In this document: positions 11,154 to 24,679 of the stretch, in pieces
Layout: every line of letters starts with the position of its first letter
Numbering within the stretch: position 1 is the stretch's first letter
From: the human T2T-CHM13v2.0 reference genome, Homo sapiens
Assembly (NCBI RefSeq): GCF_009914755.1
Contig: NC_060939.1
Length of the DNA stretch: 64,000 nt
Direction: 5' to 3' (one strand)
Made by a program: the position numbers and the translations under genes
Notes under the pieces: generated by a model
What the model was told of the DNA's origin: nothing
What the model saw: the letters and a program-made list of their open reading frames with translations, nothing else
Databases searched by the model: none

Positions 11154-12921
11154 AATTACAGGTATATATGGATTTACTTATCTCCCGACCTTCACCATTG
11201 GGCCGCATAATCCCCACTGGTAGAGTCAAACCTGCCTTAAACATGTTCCAAAGGAAAGAAGAGAAGTTCAAGAGTTCATCAGTGCAGCACAAGTTGATCT
11301 TGTTGCAAGTTCCGTTTTTGCCTTGAATTATGGATTTCCTGTAACTGGATTGCTGCCTGGTCCCACAGTTCCTCTGTGACTCAGACCTTGCCTTGTACCC
11401 CAGCCTCTGGGCCCCTTCTCTGAGAAACCTAAAAGACGTCCCATAAGTTCATATTTCCAAGGTTTCTAGCTCAATGAATTGGGAGATGTTTGTGCTGACC
11501 CTGTTTTCTTCTACAGAAAGCCCTAATGCTGAATGGCCGCCAGGAGACAGTTCATGAGATATTGCAGGTTGAATTATACATAAAATGAGAGCAGTCCCTT
11601 CCTGTGCAAAACCCCAATCTCCATTCCATCTGGAAGAATTTTTTAGTTGATCGCGTTCACAGGAGCACTGGTCTTCACCACATTTAGTCCAAGGCTCCCA
11701 AAGGCACTGGAGTTGTGTGCAGTAGAGGAGCTAATGAGACGCCATGTCTTCTTTCTCAACGTATGCTTGAGAAATGGATTAATGTAATTCCTAGAGGGCA
11801 AGACTAGAAGAGCTGTAAAATGACCTCATTTCTTTTTTAAATGTGAATGTGGCCCTCAATGATCAAGACTGAGAATATTACAAAATCAACCATAAGCATA
11901 CCACAGAAGAAAAGGAAACTAAATAACTCTGTGACCAGATAAACAATCTGGAACTTAAAACAACAAAAAGAGTTGTCCACCAAGGAAAAGTTCTTGCTTT
12001 CCAAATATGAAGATTTTCTTCTGAGGAACCACCAGTTTGGAAGGGCTTACCTATAAAAAAACTAAGGCTTCTTCTCACCACCATTTTATTAAAGCTGTGA
12101 AGAGCCTTGAGGAAATATGGGGCCTGGATGAAGACAAAGGGAGAATATTCAAGTATAATGCTCAACACAAGACCTGTTCAAGTCACAAAGAAGACTTCTC
12201 AGACCTTCAGTCCTCCCTGATACCTTCTCCAGATGTCACACTGTCGCCAGGTTAATGTACTTGAGTATTGAGAGATAAGAAAACGTGCATTGCTTTTATT
12301 TACTTCACTGTAAAAAAATTAGCTCACATTGTAATAGAAATGGCTCTAAGTTCTTTCCTATAGAGCCCATACAGATATTAAGACTTCAAGCCATGCTAAC
12401 ACTTAAAACCTGGGGGTTACTACAGAGTTACTTGATTTATTTCCATGGGCATACTAAAATTAGTCAATATAGAATTAGAACACACCATGCTAGACATTTT
12501 GGACTTACATGAGGTCCCTCCTTAGCTCCCACTTCCTCAGTAATGTTGATCCTACAAAGAAACCATTTCTAAATTCATCTTTAAACAACATGCTATCAAA
12601 TACTACTGAAATGAGGTTTGGGCTCCTCGGAGTAGTACATTTCCTTGGTTTTCATCTTCTCCACAGGGGCTACTTACATGGAAACCAAATTGTTTCCCCA
12701 GAGATAGCCCCTTTTCTTTTCTCCAAGTACCACACTGTTGAATATGGCTGGGGTAGGGAACATTAAATGTAGCGAACCATGGTAATGAATTAACCCTTCA
12801 TCCTGAAGGGTTTCCAGGAAATAAACATGAATTCAGCCATGAAAAAAAAGAGTATAAAAGTCAATTATATTTCAATGGCTTCCAAATAATAAAATATATT
12901 TTTAAGAACAAGTCAAACCTA

Positions 12922-12980
12922 ACATGATGGCTCACACCTGCAATCCTAGTGACCCAAGAGGTTGAGGTAAGAGGATACCT
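12922..12980 (+). mobile_element. short Alu/FLAM 5' fragment
   Basis: ATGATGGCTCACACCTGCAATCCTAG..GAGGTTGAGG..AGAGGAT. Confidence 0.6.
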
Positions 12981-13109
12981 GTGGCTTCTCCTAAACTTAG
13001 AAAATAAGTAGATTAAGGAAAAGAAGGAAATAACTAAATCTGCTCTCCCATGTGGCCTTCTAGCTCCTGCCCTATCTTTTTACCCTCACATGCTCATCTA
13101 CTGGTCCAC

Positions 13110-14320
13110 CTCCCACTCACTCATCAGCCCACTGGCATCTGACCTCTATCACTACTACTTCACCTAAAGCACCATTGCCAGGATGCACATGGTCCCTTTA
13201 TGTAGAGTCCACAGGAGACTTCAGTCAGTATCTTACTGGATCTCTATCCTGCATTACACACATCCTTGAAACCCTGTCTTCTCCGTTATCCAGCACTCCA
13301 CATCTCCCCATTCTTCCCCTCCTTCTCTGGTTGCTCCTTCTGTCTCCTCCAGCTGTTTCTCTCCCCTTGCCCAGCTTTGAGGTGCTGCATTCCTCAGAGA
13401 TCTTGTTCCACTTCTTATTCACCTCTTGGTGGGTGAATCACATCACGTAAATTACCAACTCTATGTTGACAACTTCCAAATCTCTATTTACAGGCGGTAT
13501 TTCTGCAGTTTCAAATCTGAATATCCAACCATGTAGTCAACATCTCCACTTGGTTTCACAGACATCTCAGGCTCAGCATGTCCAGAGTGAATTTACTCTT
13601 TCCCCTAAGCCTGCTCCTCTCCTTGTACCCCCTGTCCTTCTATGCTCCTCAGTAAATGGCACCACCATATAACTGGTTGCTCAAATTAGAAAAATTGACG
13701 CCATCCATGTCTTCTTTCTGTTCTTCAGTCTATCTAGCCAATAAATTACCAGGTCCTACTGATTCTATCTGCTAAATAATATTTTTGATCCATCACTTCT
13801 TTCTATTCGCCTTGCAAAGTGAGACCACCATCATCTCCACTGATTTATGGCAATGAACTCCAAATCTCTTCCCAGTGTCCAGACTTAAGGCCCTCCAACC
13901 GTTCTCTACATTGCCACCAGATTAATCTTTCAGAAATGAAGTGCTGACCTTCCCCTAAATAAACACATTCTAAACCCTTCATATATAGCCAAGGACAATG
14001 GCTCAAAACTGTAACCCCAGCACTTCGAGAGGCTGAGATAGAATGATTGCTTGAGGCCAGGAGTGCAAGACAAGCCTAGGCAACATAGCAAGACCCCATC
14101 TTGACCAGAAAAAAAATTAATTAGGCAGGCATGGCAGTGCACACCTATAGTCTTAGCTTTGAGAGGCCAAGACAGGAGGACCCCTTGAATCCAGGAGGTT
14201 GAGGCTTCAGTAAGCTATGATCATGACACTGCCTTCCAGCCTGAGTGGCAGAGCAAGATCCTGTCTTAAAAAAAAAGAATCTTTCATATCTTCCCCAGTG
14301 CTAGAAGCTCAACACATCAA
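13110..14320 (+). mobile_element. L2 LINE fragment (interrupted by AluJ)
   Basis: pyrimidine-rich L2 motifs: ACTTCCAAATCT, CATCTCCACTTGG, CTCAGCATGTCCA, CTCAGTAAATGGCACCACCAT, ACCATCATCTC. Confidence 0.8.
13987..14276 (+). mobile_element. AluJ, diverged
   Basis: TTGCTTGAGGCCAGGAGT..CAACATAGCAAGACCCC, GAGGCTTCAGTAAGCTATGATC, A tail; degenerate TSD C(C/T)TTCATAT. Confidence 0.93.
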
Positions 14321-14871
14321 TAGCTAAAAGAAGTTACAAGGCAAATTTACAAAGTTTCTGCCAGGTGGGATTTGTTTTTGTTTTCAATATATTGCTTGGG
14401 TTCCGTTTTATGATTATCAGACATCAAGCCTTTTACTACTAAAAAGCTGATGACCAATATTTTGTCATAGATCTTTTTAAGGAAAACAACAACATATTTT
14501 CTCACTATACCAAAGAAGGTCTGTCATAAACTCTATTCAGAAACAACATGAATACTATAGTAATAGGGAAATATTCCAAGAGTTGGAGAAAAAGTATTTC
14601 TCTCCCAGACCTCTAAAACTAAGATTCAGAATTATTTCTGTCTTCAGATCTTAGACATTAGTGAGAACAAGAAGCAATGTCTCTTAACTGTGCATGCTGC
14701 CAGCTGATGGCTGAAAAGGAAAAGATTTAGGCCTGTCCCTATGGATATCATCAGAGAATCCAGTTCAGACATTCCCAGGCAGCGTGCAAGCATGGAGGTT
14801 TGAGGACTAGCTTACAGGCATGTGGTCTTGGACCAACCTCAGAAGCAAATTATTTATCAAAGTAAAGCACA

Positions 14872-15095
14872 TTAGGATGACCATAGTTAACAATAATTTA
14901 CTGTGTATTTCAAAATAACTGAAAGAATTAGAATGTTTCCAACACAAAGGAATGATAAATGTTTGATGTGAGAGATATCCCAATTACCTTGATTTGATCA
15001 TTACATGTTGTATGCTTATATCAAAATATCACATGTACCCCATAAATATGTACAACAATTATGTATCCATGACTACAAATAAAAAAAAATCTAAA
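14872..15095 (+). mobile_element. L1MA (MA3-5-like) extreme 3' end with A tail
   Basis: TGATTTGATCATTACA..TATCACATGTACCCCATAAATATGTACA, then poly(A). Confidence 0.85.
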
Positions 15096-15299
15096 GAAAG
15101 GAATCTTTAGCTATCTCAACATCAAAAAGAAAAAAGCTGAGGTTTTCAAGAATGTGTGCACACGTGCAGTGTGTATGTGCATGTTTGTGATTTATTGAGG
15201 GCTAAAAAGAGAGCTGATATTCCCTCTATATACACTAAACTTATAACCACTCTCACCTCTAACCTAGGACCAACACTACACAACACACACACATCCCAC

Positions 15300-15530
15300 T
15301 CATATATTCATACAAAGTGTACTGAGTCCATCTGATGAACTAATCTAATGATAGATTTGATATCTAATCCTCACAACTACATTGCAAGGTATATACTATT
15401 TTCTCTACTTTATAGAAGATGAAACTGAGCCCCTGAAGGCCTAAGGTCCGGCAACATGTAATAAAAGGAAGCTAGAATTGGAACCCTGGTGTGTTCAATT
15501 CCGAAACCAGCCCTTCTTCCACTACTCCTT
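15300..15530 (-). mobile_element. MIR
   Basis: TAATCCTCACAAC, TTTATAGAAGATGAAACTGAG, TTGGAACCC. Confidence 0.7.
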
Positions 15531-17322
15531 CCTCAAAAGGCCTTCTAAGTCGTCACTCTCCTAGCACTGGTTACAAGAAATGTCGGTGGGAGTGGTTGTT
15601 TTACGATAAACCACTCTGATAAAAAAAATGCTCCAATGATTATTTTTGAGATGTCAGAGCTGAAAATGTACAGATTTCACTGGACGAAGAACCTGCCAAG
15701 TGGTGATTGCACAACCAAAGCACTGCAAGGAACCAAGGAGGCCAAATGTGTGTTGGAAAAATCACAGATGTCATCTGGGAATGCTCAGAGCCTTGGGCTT
15801 TCACGCTGAGACAGACTCGCTTCCACCGGAACCTCAGCCTTTTAAGGCTAAATCAAGGCCGTGACTTCCTCAGCTGAATCAACCTGACACTGTTCCCTGA
15901 GCTCACTGGGATCCTATTGGCAGAGCGTCAGCCCCGTCATGGAAAGAATGCCTCCACCAGGGAGGACTGGGTTAGTCCCCATCCTGAACTGGATCATAAA
16001 CACCCACCTTGTCATAAAGCTGCTGTGAGTCTTACAATGGGAAGATGGGGGAGGCAGCACACTGGGGTCAGGAGTGGAGATACTTAGGCTCCCCAGAGAA
16101 ATTAGTCACAAGTCTTATCCCTTCATCTCCATTTACAGCCATTTATTTGGGAGCAACATACTTTAAATGAGTGATAAACAAAATGTCTCCCCACAGCCCC
16201 CACCCCAGCATGTGTTCTGAAGTTCACAGGAAGGCTTCTCCTCATTTGCTTTGGGGCCCGCAGGCTGCCTGCTAACAGCTGGGTCTTCCCATGAACAAAT
16301 TAGACAGTTAATGTTCCAGGATGAAGAGGGCTTCGGGGAACAGAATCTGCCGTTTATTTGACTTGCTTCATTAGACACAGTGCCATCATACCAAAATTAG
16401 AAAAAAGAAGGAACTCAGCGGAAATCAGCTACACAAGAAGAACCTCTCAGTTCTGAGAATTCACATTAACCAGTGATTAAGAAATATTAAAAAGGTATGA
16501 GCCTGTGAAGTTGAACATACAAGAATGCTTTAGAAAATGGAATGTTCACACTGTTGCCAAGTGACGTTCCTTCTAAGTATTGATTACTCTCTACAGATTA
16601 TGGAAAATATTTGTCTGAGCTGTTATTTCAACTGCTCCATTCTCAGCTAGTGAGGAGAGTAAGATGTAGTGAGGCATGTGTTCAGAACTTTCTCCCAGAG
16701 GTAAATTACTGATGCATGACTTTTAAGGTGCTAGGAGAGGTAAGGAAACTTTTATAAAGGTCCCAGTGGCCTTCTAAGAGGAAAGGGACGGCAAGTGTTT
16801 AATGGAAAGTCATCAGGGTAGATTTAGGTGACCCCAGTCAAGGCCCAAGAAGGAACTACTGGCTTCTTTAAAAACAACAACAATAACAACCATAACATCA
16901 TAGGTAGAAAGAGATTGGACTAGAGGGCAGGCCTGTACACCAAGACGGACCTCTGAGAATGAGTAGTAAGTGGTTCTGATTCTCTGAGGCCAAAACTGTC
17001 AGGACTGGTACTGACCCAGCCCTACTGGACACAAGTTTGTTCCCTAGAGAAGGGAGATATAGGGGAACCAAATGCAACACAGGCCAACTTTTGAAAGCTG
17101 CATTCTTGGGTCAGGAAATAGGGAAGAACTTCTGTGGCTAGGGGGCTGCTGAGAAAACGTGCTCTGCTACCCCTCCCTCCATTGCCATGAAGGGTTAACC
17201 CATTTAATTTGCATTTTCCTGAGTAAGAGGCTTGACACCAGCTCTCCCACTTGGCAGCCTGGTATTGCATTGTAAAGCAACCAGCTTCAGGGATGTTTAT
17301 GGCATCTTCTAGCTTCATGGAG

Positions 17323-17772
17323 TGTGGTAGCCATGAAAATAAGCCACATAGACTTCCTCCTATAGAAGGTAGAATTAATCCAGGGTCCCAACTGCTGTAT
17401 TTTAAGTCTGTTGCTGTGTTTGTACCTTGACCTCACTTTCCAAGGCTGCTGCTGGCCAATGATGTGGTATTGTGAGGGGACCCCCTCCTCTGAGAAGCTG
17501 GGCTCCTTCTTTAGCTGACTCTGGCACACGGACTCCCCAGTGGCTTTGCTGGAGCTTCCTTCCACTGAGCGGCAGTCTAGCATTCTAAGTTTCCACCCAG
17601 TCTTCTCTCAGTCTCCCCTTCACTCAGGGTCAGGCTAACACTGTGATCTGACTGCTAGCCCGGCCTTCTCCACCTCCCTTGCTGTGTCATTCCACATAGG
17701 CATTTCCCCTAATAAATTCCTGGAATACTTACTAGTATCTTGATATCTGCTTTGGAGGACCCTAACAAGGCA
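17323..17772 (+). mobile_element. ERVL solo LTR, LTR16 family
   Basis: TGTGGTAGCCA start, GGCCAATGA, AATAAA at about 17711, then ATCTTGATATCTGCTTTGGAGGACCCTAAC 3' end. Confidence 0.7.
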
Positions 17773-17926
17773 GAATGGTTGAACTGTGTCTGCTGGGGCA
17801 AAGAGGAAGAGGCTCAGATTATTCCCTAGATATAAATTAGTACTCCTGAAGGTTTCTTAAGATTATCATAAGTATGGAAGCCAGAGAGCACTGTAGAGGA
17901 GTTCAAGTTGATTAATTGCATCTGTG

Positions 17927-18092
17927 ATATACATATATATGTGTGTGTGTGTGTGTATATAGTATATATATGTGTGTGTTTATGTATTTTTATATGTATG
18001 TTTATATGTGTGTGTTTGTGTATATGTGTGTTTGTGTATATGTGTGTGTGTATATATATATTTTATATATATGTATATATAAATAGAGAGAG
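17927..18092. repeat. (TA)/(TG) mixed low-complexity microsatellite
   Basis: read directly from the sequence. Confidence 0.95.
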
Positions 18093-18560
18093 TGTCCACT
18101 ATACAAGTCTAGACCAGAAAGGAAACATCAAGTGAAAGGCCTACTCCCATAGCAGGAGGAAAAATGGGAGCAGATAACACATACCTGGAAGCAGGCTAAT
18201 GTCTTAGCCATGGTGATCTCCTAAATGCAATGGGCATCCATTCATAGTATCCCCCTGTGACCTACAAGCACTGCTTGATTTCTATATGTGGTGAGAGTTG
18301 AGGAATTTCCTCCAGATCCCGTTGGCTGGATCCTACACTTCCAGTGGCCTGAAAAAGTTCTCCAGATGCTGCTGCATTGACCACTAGTCCTTGAGCCTTG
18401 CACATTCTGCCTGGCTCAACTAGGAGTAGAATGAGATAGTTCTTCTAGAGAGAAAGACAATCTCAGAGATACTCACTTTCCACTGAGTGCCCCATTTACA
18501 TATAACTGATAACATAAATTTTAATCCATCAGGTATTCATCATGGGCAAAGCATTTTACG

Positions 18561-18920
18561 TTCATTCATTTCATTCATCCATTTACTCATTCAACTCATT
18601 TATTGAGCTTCTACTACATGCCAGCAGTCCCCAAGGAGCTATACATAGAGCAGCAAACAAGGCTGAAACAACCTAGCTCTTATGAAAGTTTATATTCTAC
18701 TGGGGAAGAAAACAGAAAGAAAAAAAAAGCACACAGAGATATATGTTTTGGGTAATGATATATACTGTAAAGAAAACTAAAACAGCAGAGTAAGGTGCTA
18801 GGAAGTTATGGGCAGACAGGGAGAGTCTATTTTATGAAGAATAGGCAGGGAAAGCCCTTCTGAGGAAGAAATACTAGCAGAGATCTAAAGGAATTGAGGA
18901 GTTCGCTGTGTAATAGTCAA
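18561..18920 (-). mobile_element. L2 3' end
   Basis: (TTCA)n tail, ATTTATTGAGC.TCTACTA.ATGCCAG, CAGGGAAAGCCCTTCTGAGGA. Confidence 0.8.
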
Positions 18921-18934
18921 AGCTGTGAACAGTG

Positions 18935-19080
18935 CATTTAATCTCCTTTAATCGACACAACAAATCCATGAAGCAGAAGGCATCTTCCTCCTATTATGAA
19001 GAACTTGAAAATCAGAAAGTTTAGACATTCAACTGGATCTCAAGCAGAAGCTCATGTTGTTAACCATTATGCCTTGCCAT
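18935..19080 (-). mobile_element. MIR fragment
   Basis: CATTTAATC...CTCATGTTGTTAACCATTATGC. Confidence 0.45.
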
Positions 19081-21237
19081 CACGGTGGATTCCAGAATTT
19101 TCCCACTTTCTAAAATCAAAGAGAAAACCTGGCTTCTGTTTTTGCTGGCACCCTTTGTGGCCTTTCCGATTTACTCGTTGGGGTGCAGAGGAGCCACTTA
19201 ACAGGCGACAAAGAGCTAGCTGTGCTAGAAAAGCTCTATCCCCCCTTTCCCACCCACAACACACACCTACATCTAAGACAGCCTGGTCTCCAGCAATGTC
19301 TACGGGCTTCCTTTGAAGCAATGCAAAGACCCTCTGCCTCTCCTCTTTAGGAGGCTGGCATTGCCTGGGGGCCTTAATTCCTGAGCAGTGTACGCTGGGA
19401 CCAAGACCTTGAAGAAACTGGCCAGGTCTTGTTTCTTGAAAGGGTATTCGCTGCATAAACGGGCAAGGAAATGTTCAGGTAGAACAAATAGTGGAGTCTT
19501 GCTTGGGCTTATACATGGAAACTTATGAAGCTGTCAGCAACATGTGTGAAAATAACAAACTGATTAAAGCTTGTAATGGAAAGATGAGCCACCAGTAGCT
19601 TCCACGATCATAAAATATGAACTCAAAAATAACTGCTGAGTGCTCTTAATTTTACAAATTTTTTAAACAGTCCTTGACACATAGTAAGCCCTCAAAATGA
19701 AAGCTATTCTTATTATTGCAATCATCAATAATTATCATTATCATCATAACTCCCTTTCCTATCCCAAAATACTGGTGGTTAGGGTAAGAGAGTGACAAAA
19801 GGGACCTTTAGGGACCTCAGGAAGTTGTATATTTCCCTGTAATGGTTAACTAGCCTGGACAGAGGTCCCAGCGGGGAAGCTCTAAAACCAGCCTTCAGCA
19901 AGAAAATTTGTGACTTACTAAACCCATAGATATTTATGTTGTTCCTGCTGCAAAAATGTCCATTTCTCCTGGGTAATAACTAAGTCCCATAAATAGATTC
20001 TAAACTTCTACCAGTTCACCAAAAATAAACTAGTAGGACTTGTAGACATGCCACTAGCTCTATTGCATCATATGATTTTTGTCTTCTTCCCATTACATGC
20101 TTTATTTAAACCCCAGTCAAATCCAGAGGCCCAGGCAATATTAAAAGATCCAAAGCCTCTGTACCCATGGTTTCCTGAGCCCTGAGTCCTCTTATTCTGT
20201 TACCGATAACTTTGGGGGTTGATTTTTTTTTTTTCCTGAGCAGACATTTTTGTTTCACTAGCACCATTTCTGCCATGTGATTTAAATATCTGTTTCACTG
20301 AGTTTTGTGATAACTGTATGGTTGTCTTCAGGATGGTAAACATGTTTGCATAACAGTCATCTAAACTGAGAACTGACATAGCTCCCTGAGGACAGAGATA
20401 TTCCTGATTAAATCAACCCTAGAGAATTCCAACAGCAATAGGGTTTGGAAATCATATTTCTACTCACTTTTCCACTCAACCAATGGGGCAATTTTTTATA
20501 TACAAGTTGGAATTTACATCTGATAAGGATTTGATACACCTTCCTTTTCTTCCCTATTCTCTAGGGCTGATAGTCCACTACGTTATCAAGTTCAAAGCCT
20601 AAGAAATATTGAACATTTCCACACATGAATGTGGGTACTATGTTTAATTTGAGAATGGCCAACTGTCCTCGAAGTCTCAATCTCTTTGGAGCCTACCAGC
20701 TCCGAGAGAAGTTTGAGGATGCTGCAAAACCCTCCCCTGCAAATCCATCTACTCCTCCCACTTCTATCCTAATGGGTTTGTATTGACCAAGTCTTCTCAG
20801 TTATGTATTACGTACTTGATAACGGATTACAGAATAGCCAGGCACTGATCAAAAATCCTCCTAGAGTTTAAAAGGTGGAATATATATATATAGCAGGCAA
20901 AATAGTGGTTTATCAGGCAGCTACAATAAGCTGTTATATTTTCAGATTGTGCTTCGTTTGTTGGACTGCATTGTATTTTCCCTCTTTTGTGAAAAGGTAA
21001 ATAACCTAGGCATGCAGGAATTAACTTGTTAACAAGGAACAAGAGAAGAAATCCACACAAAGCAACCAGGTCACTGAGAAGTCGAGACCCTTTCCTCTTG
21101 GTGTTCTCCCACCATTCTCATTAACCCAAACTGCAGTGTTTTCCTTTCTCCTGGCCCTAAGGTCCAGTGTTTCTGACCTTGTCTTAGAAATCCCTTCTCA
21201 GCCCACAACCTCAGTTAAGAGTTATAATCTCTCATGG

Positions 21238-21770
21238 TTGGCAGGGAGAGTAAAGGTGATGTAGTTCAAGTCCTCACCTCCCAGTACCAGAAGTCGCTCT
21301 TCAGTATCTTTGACCAAAGTCATCTAAGTCTTTCCAAGTCCTTCTATGATAGATGGCTGAGCACCACCAGTTAACAGGAACGCCCTCCTTAGGTTGAGTC
21401 AAATCTCCCTCTCTGAAAGTTTCATCCATTTGCCATCATCCTGCCTTCTCTTTTCCTTTCTACTCTTCTTGCTTCCACTACCTGAACTCACGCACTGCAT
21501 TCCCACCAAACTCCCACTGTTCAGTGTAGAGACTACAGATATGTGATGCATTAGCCTCTTGGTTTGCACCCTCTGGAGGCTAAGTTCTCAGTATCTGTCT
21601 TATGTGATGCCTATGGCTGGGGACATGATTCTGGATATGGTCTTACAGTGCAGAGTACAATGGGGCCATTTTCTCTCATGATCAGGACAATACCACTTGG
21701 TCTATATCTATAGCCCAGGAAAACATTAATGTTTACTAGCTTATTTGCAAGGCTAACAGATGTTGGGATA
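21238..21770 (-). mobile_element. L3/CR1 LINE relic
   Basis: AAATCTCCCTCTCTGAAAGTTTCATCCATTTG..CTGCCTTCT and GATATGGTCT..CAGTGCAGAGTACAATGGG resemble antisense CR1/L3. Confidence 0.55.
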
Positions 21771-22094
21771 ATGGCCATTTTTCACAAGAATTCTTATCAA
21801 GCAAACTCTCCCCGTGTGTTGATGGCTGTTTACTCACGATGGTCTATGTAAGGGAACCATTAAGAGTTTAAAAAAAAAAAAAAACTTATAATAAGACTCT
21901 ATAATGAGAAAGTTCACTGTGTATTTTTTATCATTTCTGCTACTATACATAGTCATATAAATATTTGTTCTTAGGAGCTTTCTAAAACACAGCCTTAACT
22001 TTCAGTTTTGGTTTCCACTCCCAGGTATAGTTCTTGGCTGTGCTGAGGATCTGTAAGGCACCAGATGTGAAAGTAAGGAAGAAAGATGGATGTG

Positions 22095-22260
22095 GAAGAA
22101 AGTCACTGCCCAGAGAATAAGGAGACCTGGATTCTAATCTCAGCTCTGCCATTAACTAGCTGTGAGACTCAAGAATAACTAATCATTTTGATAACTCGTT
22201 TTTTTACTTTTTAAAATGAGGAGCCAAGTTTAGACAATGAGCTCGGCTCTTCACCAGTGA
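22095..22260 (+). mobile_element. MIR
   Basis: GGAGACCTGGATTCTAATCTCAGCTCTGCCATTAACTAGCTGTG. Confidence 0.75.
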
Positions 22261-23724
22261 TAAAGTGTCTGGGACATGCTTCCATTCAAGCAATGCTCTT
22301 CCTTCTTGGTAAGACAGTGAGATCCCCATGATGGAGCCAGTGTAGTATTGCCCAGTAGGCAGGGAGATGAAGAGCCCTGGAATCCCCTTTAATCAATGGC
22401 CCTTAGCTCAGAGACCATTTCTGCACCAGGCTGGAGGGAAGAAGCCCTTCTCTCAGGTTCTTGCCGAGGCCTGCTATTTAAAACAGATGGCACACACGGG
22501 CAGTCCATTCCCACACCCCTTCCACTCTCTAAGCACTTTGAATATATTAAAACCTTTTCTTACCTCTCAGTTCCAATTTGGTACTCAAGCCCATGTGAAC
22601 ACTAAAGCCATTAACCCAAAACTTTTCCTTGCTGCTTCTTCTCGTATTAAAAAATAATCTTTATTTTTCTTATCACTTAAGATATGCACATTTAATGTTA
22701 ATATATATATACATAAAAAATGAAGATATGCTGCTAACACCCCATTTGGACATCATGAGATTTTGGTGTCTATTATTTCAGAATTGTGTGTGTGTGCATG
22801 CATGTGTGCATGTAACACATGCATGTACATTGTTAAAATTAGGCCACACTGTGATGTTTTGTGGTCTGCTTTTTCAGTTAGCAATGTGTCATGACCACTT
22901 TGCCATCCTATTACGTAGTCAATTGCATGAATCACCCATGATGGTTTCAACTGGGTCTGTGTTGTTGGACATTGCAGCTGCTTTTCTAGAGGCTGCTCTT
23001 GGATTGGTCACTGCACCTCTTTGTTCGCCTTGCAGATTCTGGCAGGTTTGCACATTATGATCATAAAAGCCAAATGTTAGAACTGAAAGAGGGTCTACCT
23101 TACACATCACCTTGTTCAAATCCTCTCTTTTCTTTTTCAGTCTATACTTTATCCAAGAAAGAATAAATCATTTCCAAATATTTTCAAAGGTAATAGAAAT
23201 CCAAAAGCCATTGTTTGCTTGATAGAAATGAAAAATATTTGTTGAAGTGTTTGTTCAAAGAGAGACCATGTATAAGATATTTGATGAAAATGCTACTGAA
23301 CAACAGAACCTGAATCAGTATGTAATTTGAGAGCAATGTATGCTTCCAAACTATTGGCGTAACATATATACTATTGATTAATGCACAGTTATTTGGCCAA
23401 TTCTAACTACTGTCATCCTCAAAACCTAAGCCAATATGCCCCTCAAGACATCCTTGCTTTTCTTCTCATTTTTTTCCTTTGGTTTGCTTTGCTTTGTTTT
23501 CTTAGTTCATCTGAATTACCCTATTCCCTTATTTCTAGAGGTAGAGATTTGGGCAAGTTAATTATTTAAGTTGTTTGAATACAGTATTTTACTTCCATTA
23601 ACATAATAACTCTAAAAAATAAGAAAAATAGAGGAAGTACTTACAAAATTTTAAATAGACCTTATACTTATTAAACAATTCTATGTTTCTGTTAATAAAA
23701 ATTGCATAGTGGTTACAAGGTGGA

Positions 23725-23900
23725 TATAGGAATTGCAAAATGTACAAAATCCTGCAACCCTTCTCTTTTTGCACAGATGAAACTATGGCTCAAAAGGGAA
23801 TAAGAGATCAAGGCAAGCATGGACATCTTGTACGTGGAAGTGCAGACCAGAACTTGTATCACAGCCAGTCATATCCGGTGCTTTCCATGCTACTTTTACA
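23725..23900 (-). mobile_element. MIR
   Basis: TTTTGCACAGATGAAACTATGGCTCA...GTGCTTTCCA. Confidence 0.55.
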
Positions 23901-24679
23901 TACATGTATCCTTAAATTTGATCCTCTTCTAGTTTAGTCTAAACTCTTTACTTTGTAACTTCCAAACCTAAAAGGTGCAGCAGACATTGACAATCTTAAT
24001 TCATTTGTCAGGTCATTTGGTTTCTTGGTTTCCTAAGGGACTGTATCCTTCCTGCCCTGCTAATGGGGAGACTTTTTGTTTTTTGTTTTCTGTTTTCCTT
24101 AATAAGTGAGGCCAAGTGCTGTGTGTAACTGTGGGGTGGGCAAAATTAGGATTCCTGAATCACTTCACTTTTTGTTGCCTTTCTCTTGGGAGAATGGTTA
24201 CCATTGCAGAGAAGCATAGTTAAAATTGCTTTTGTGTTTCATAAACGAATTCATACTTAGATGTCATTGACCAACAACTAAATAGTATATCAGAGATGAA
24301 AGGCATCCTAGAGATGACCAAATCAAGCTCTTCATTACTCAAAGGAGAAAAAAATCCAGAAAGTGGATGACATATGTTGAACTAGTGATGGAAGTAGAAC
24401 AGGGTAGTGTATTTTCTGCCTCTTAATTCTTCATTTTTTACACTAAACCAGATATTAGGTATATGACTAGGAAGATACGTGAGGTAAGGAGCAGAGGGTT
24501 TGGCTCCAAACTCATCATGTAGTCATCCTCCTCCAAGCTCTGAGAGCTTCTCTCACATGTTAATTCAGAGGCAGTAACAAAAGAATTAATGCTCCTGAAG
24601 GTTTCTCAATTTTATCATCTGGAAAGTGGAGTGAACCTTTGCAGAGTCCTTCTGAAGAGGGCTGACCTTGGACTGCACT

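Noticed and set aside
10400-14276. Alu pair as an ADAR dsRNA substrate
   Set aside because: Both are in the same orientation, as is the 59070/63647 pair. Opposite-strand Alus are about 45 kb apart.
22629-23060. 143-aa hydrophobic ORF
   Set aside because: It has a TTG start, runs through a TG/CATG low-complexity stretch, and shows no recognisable domain or exon structure.
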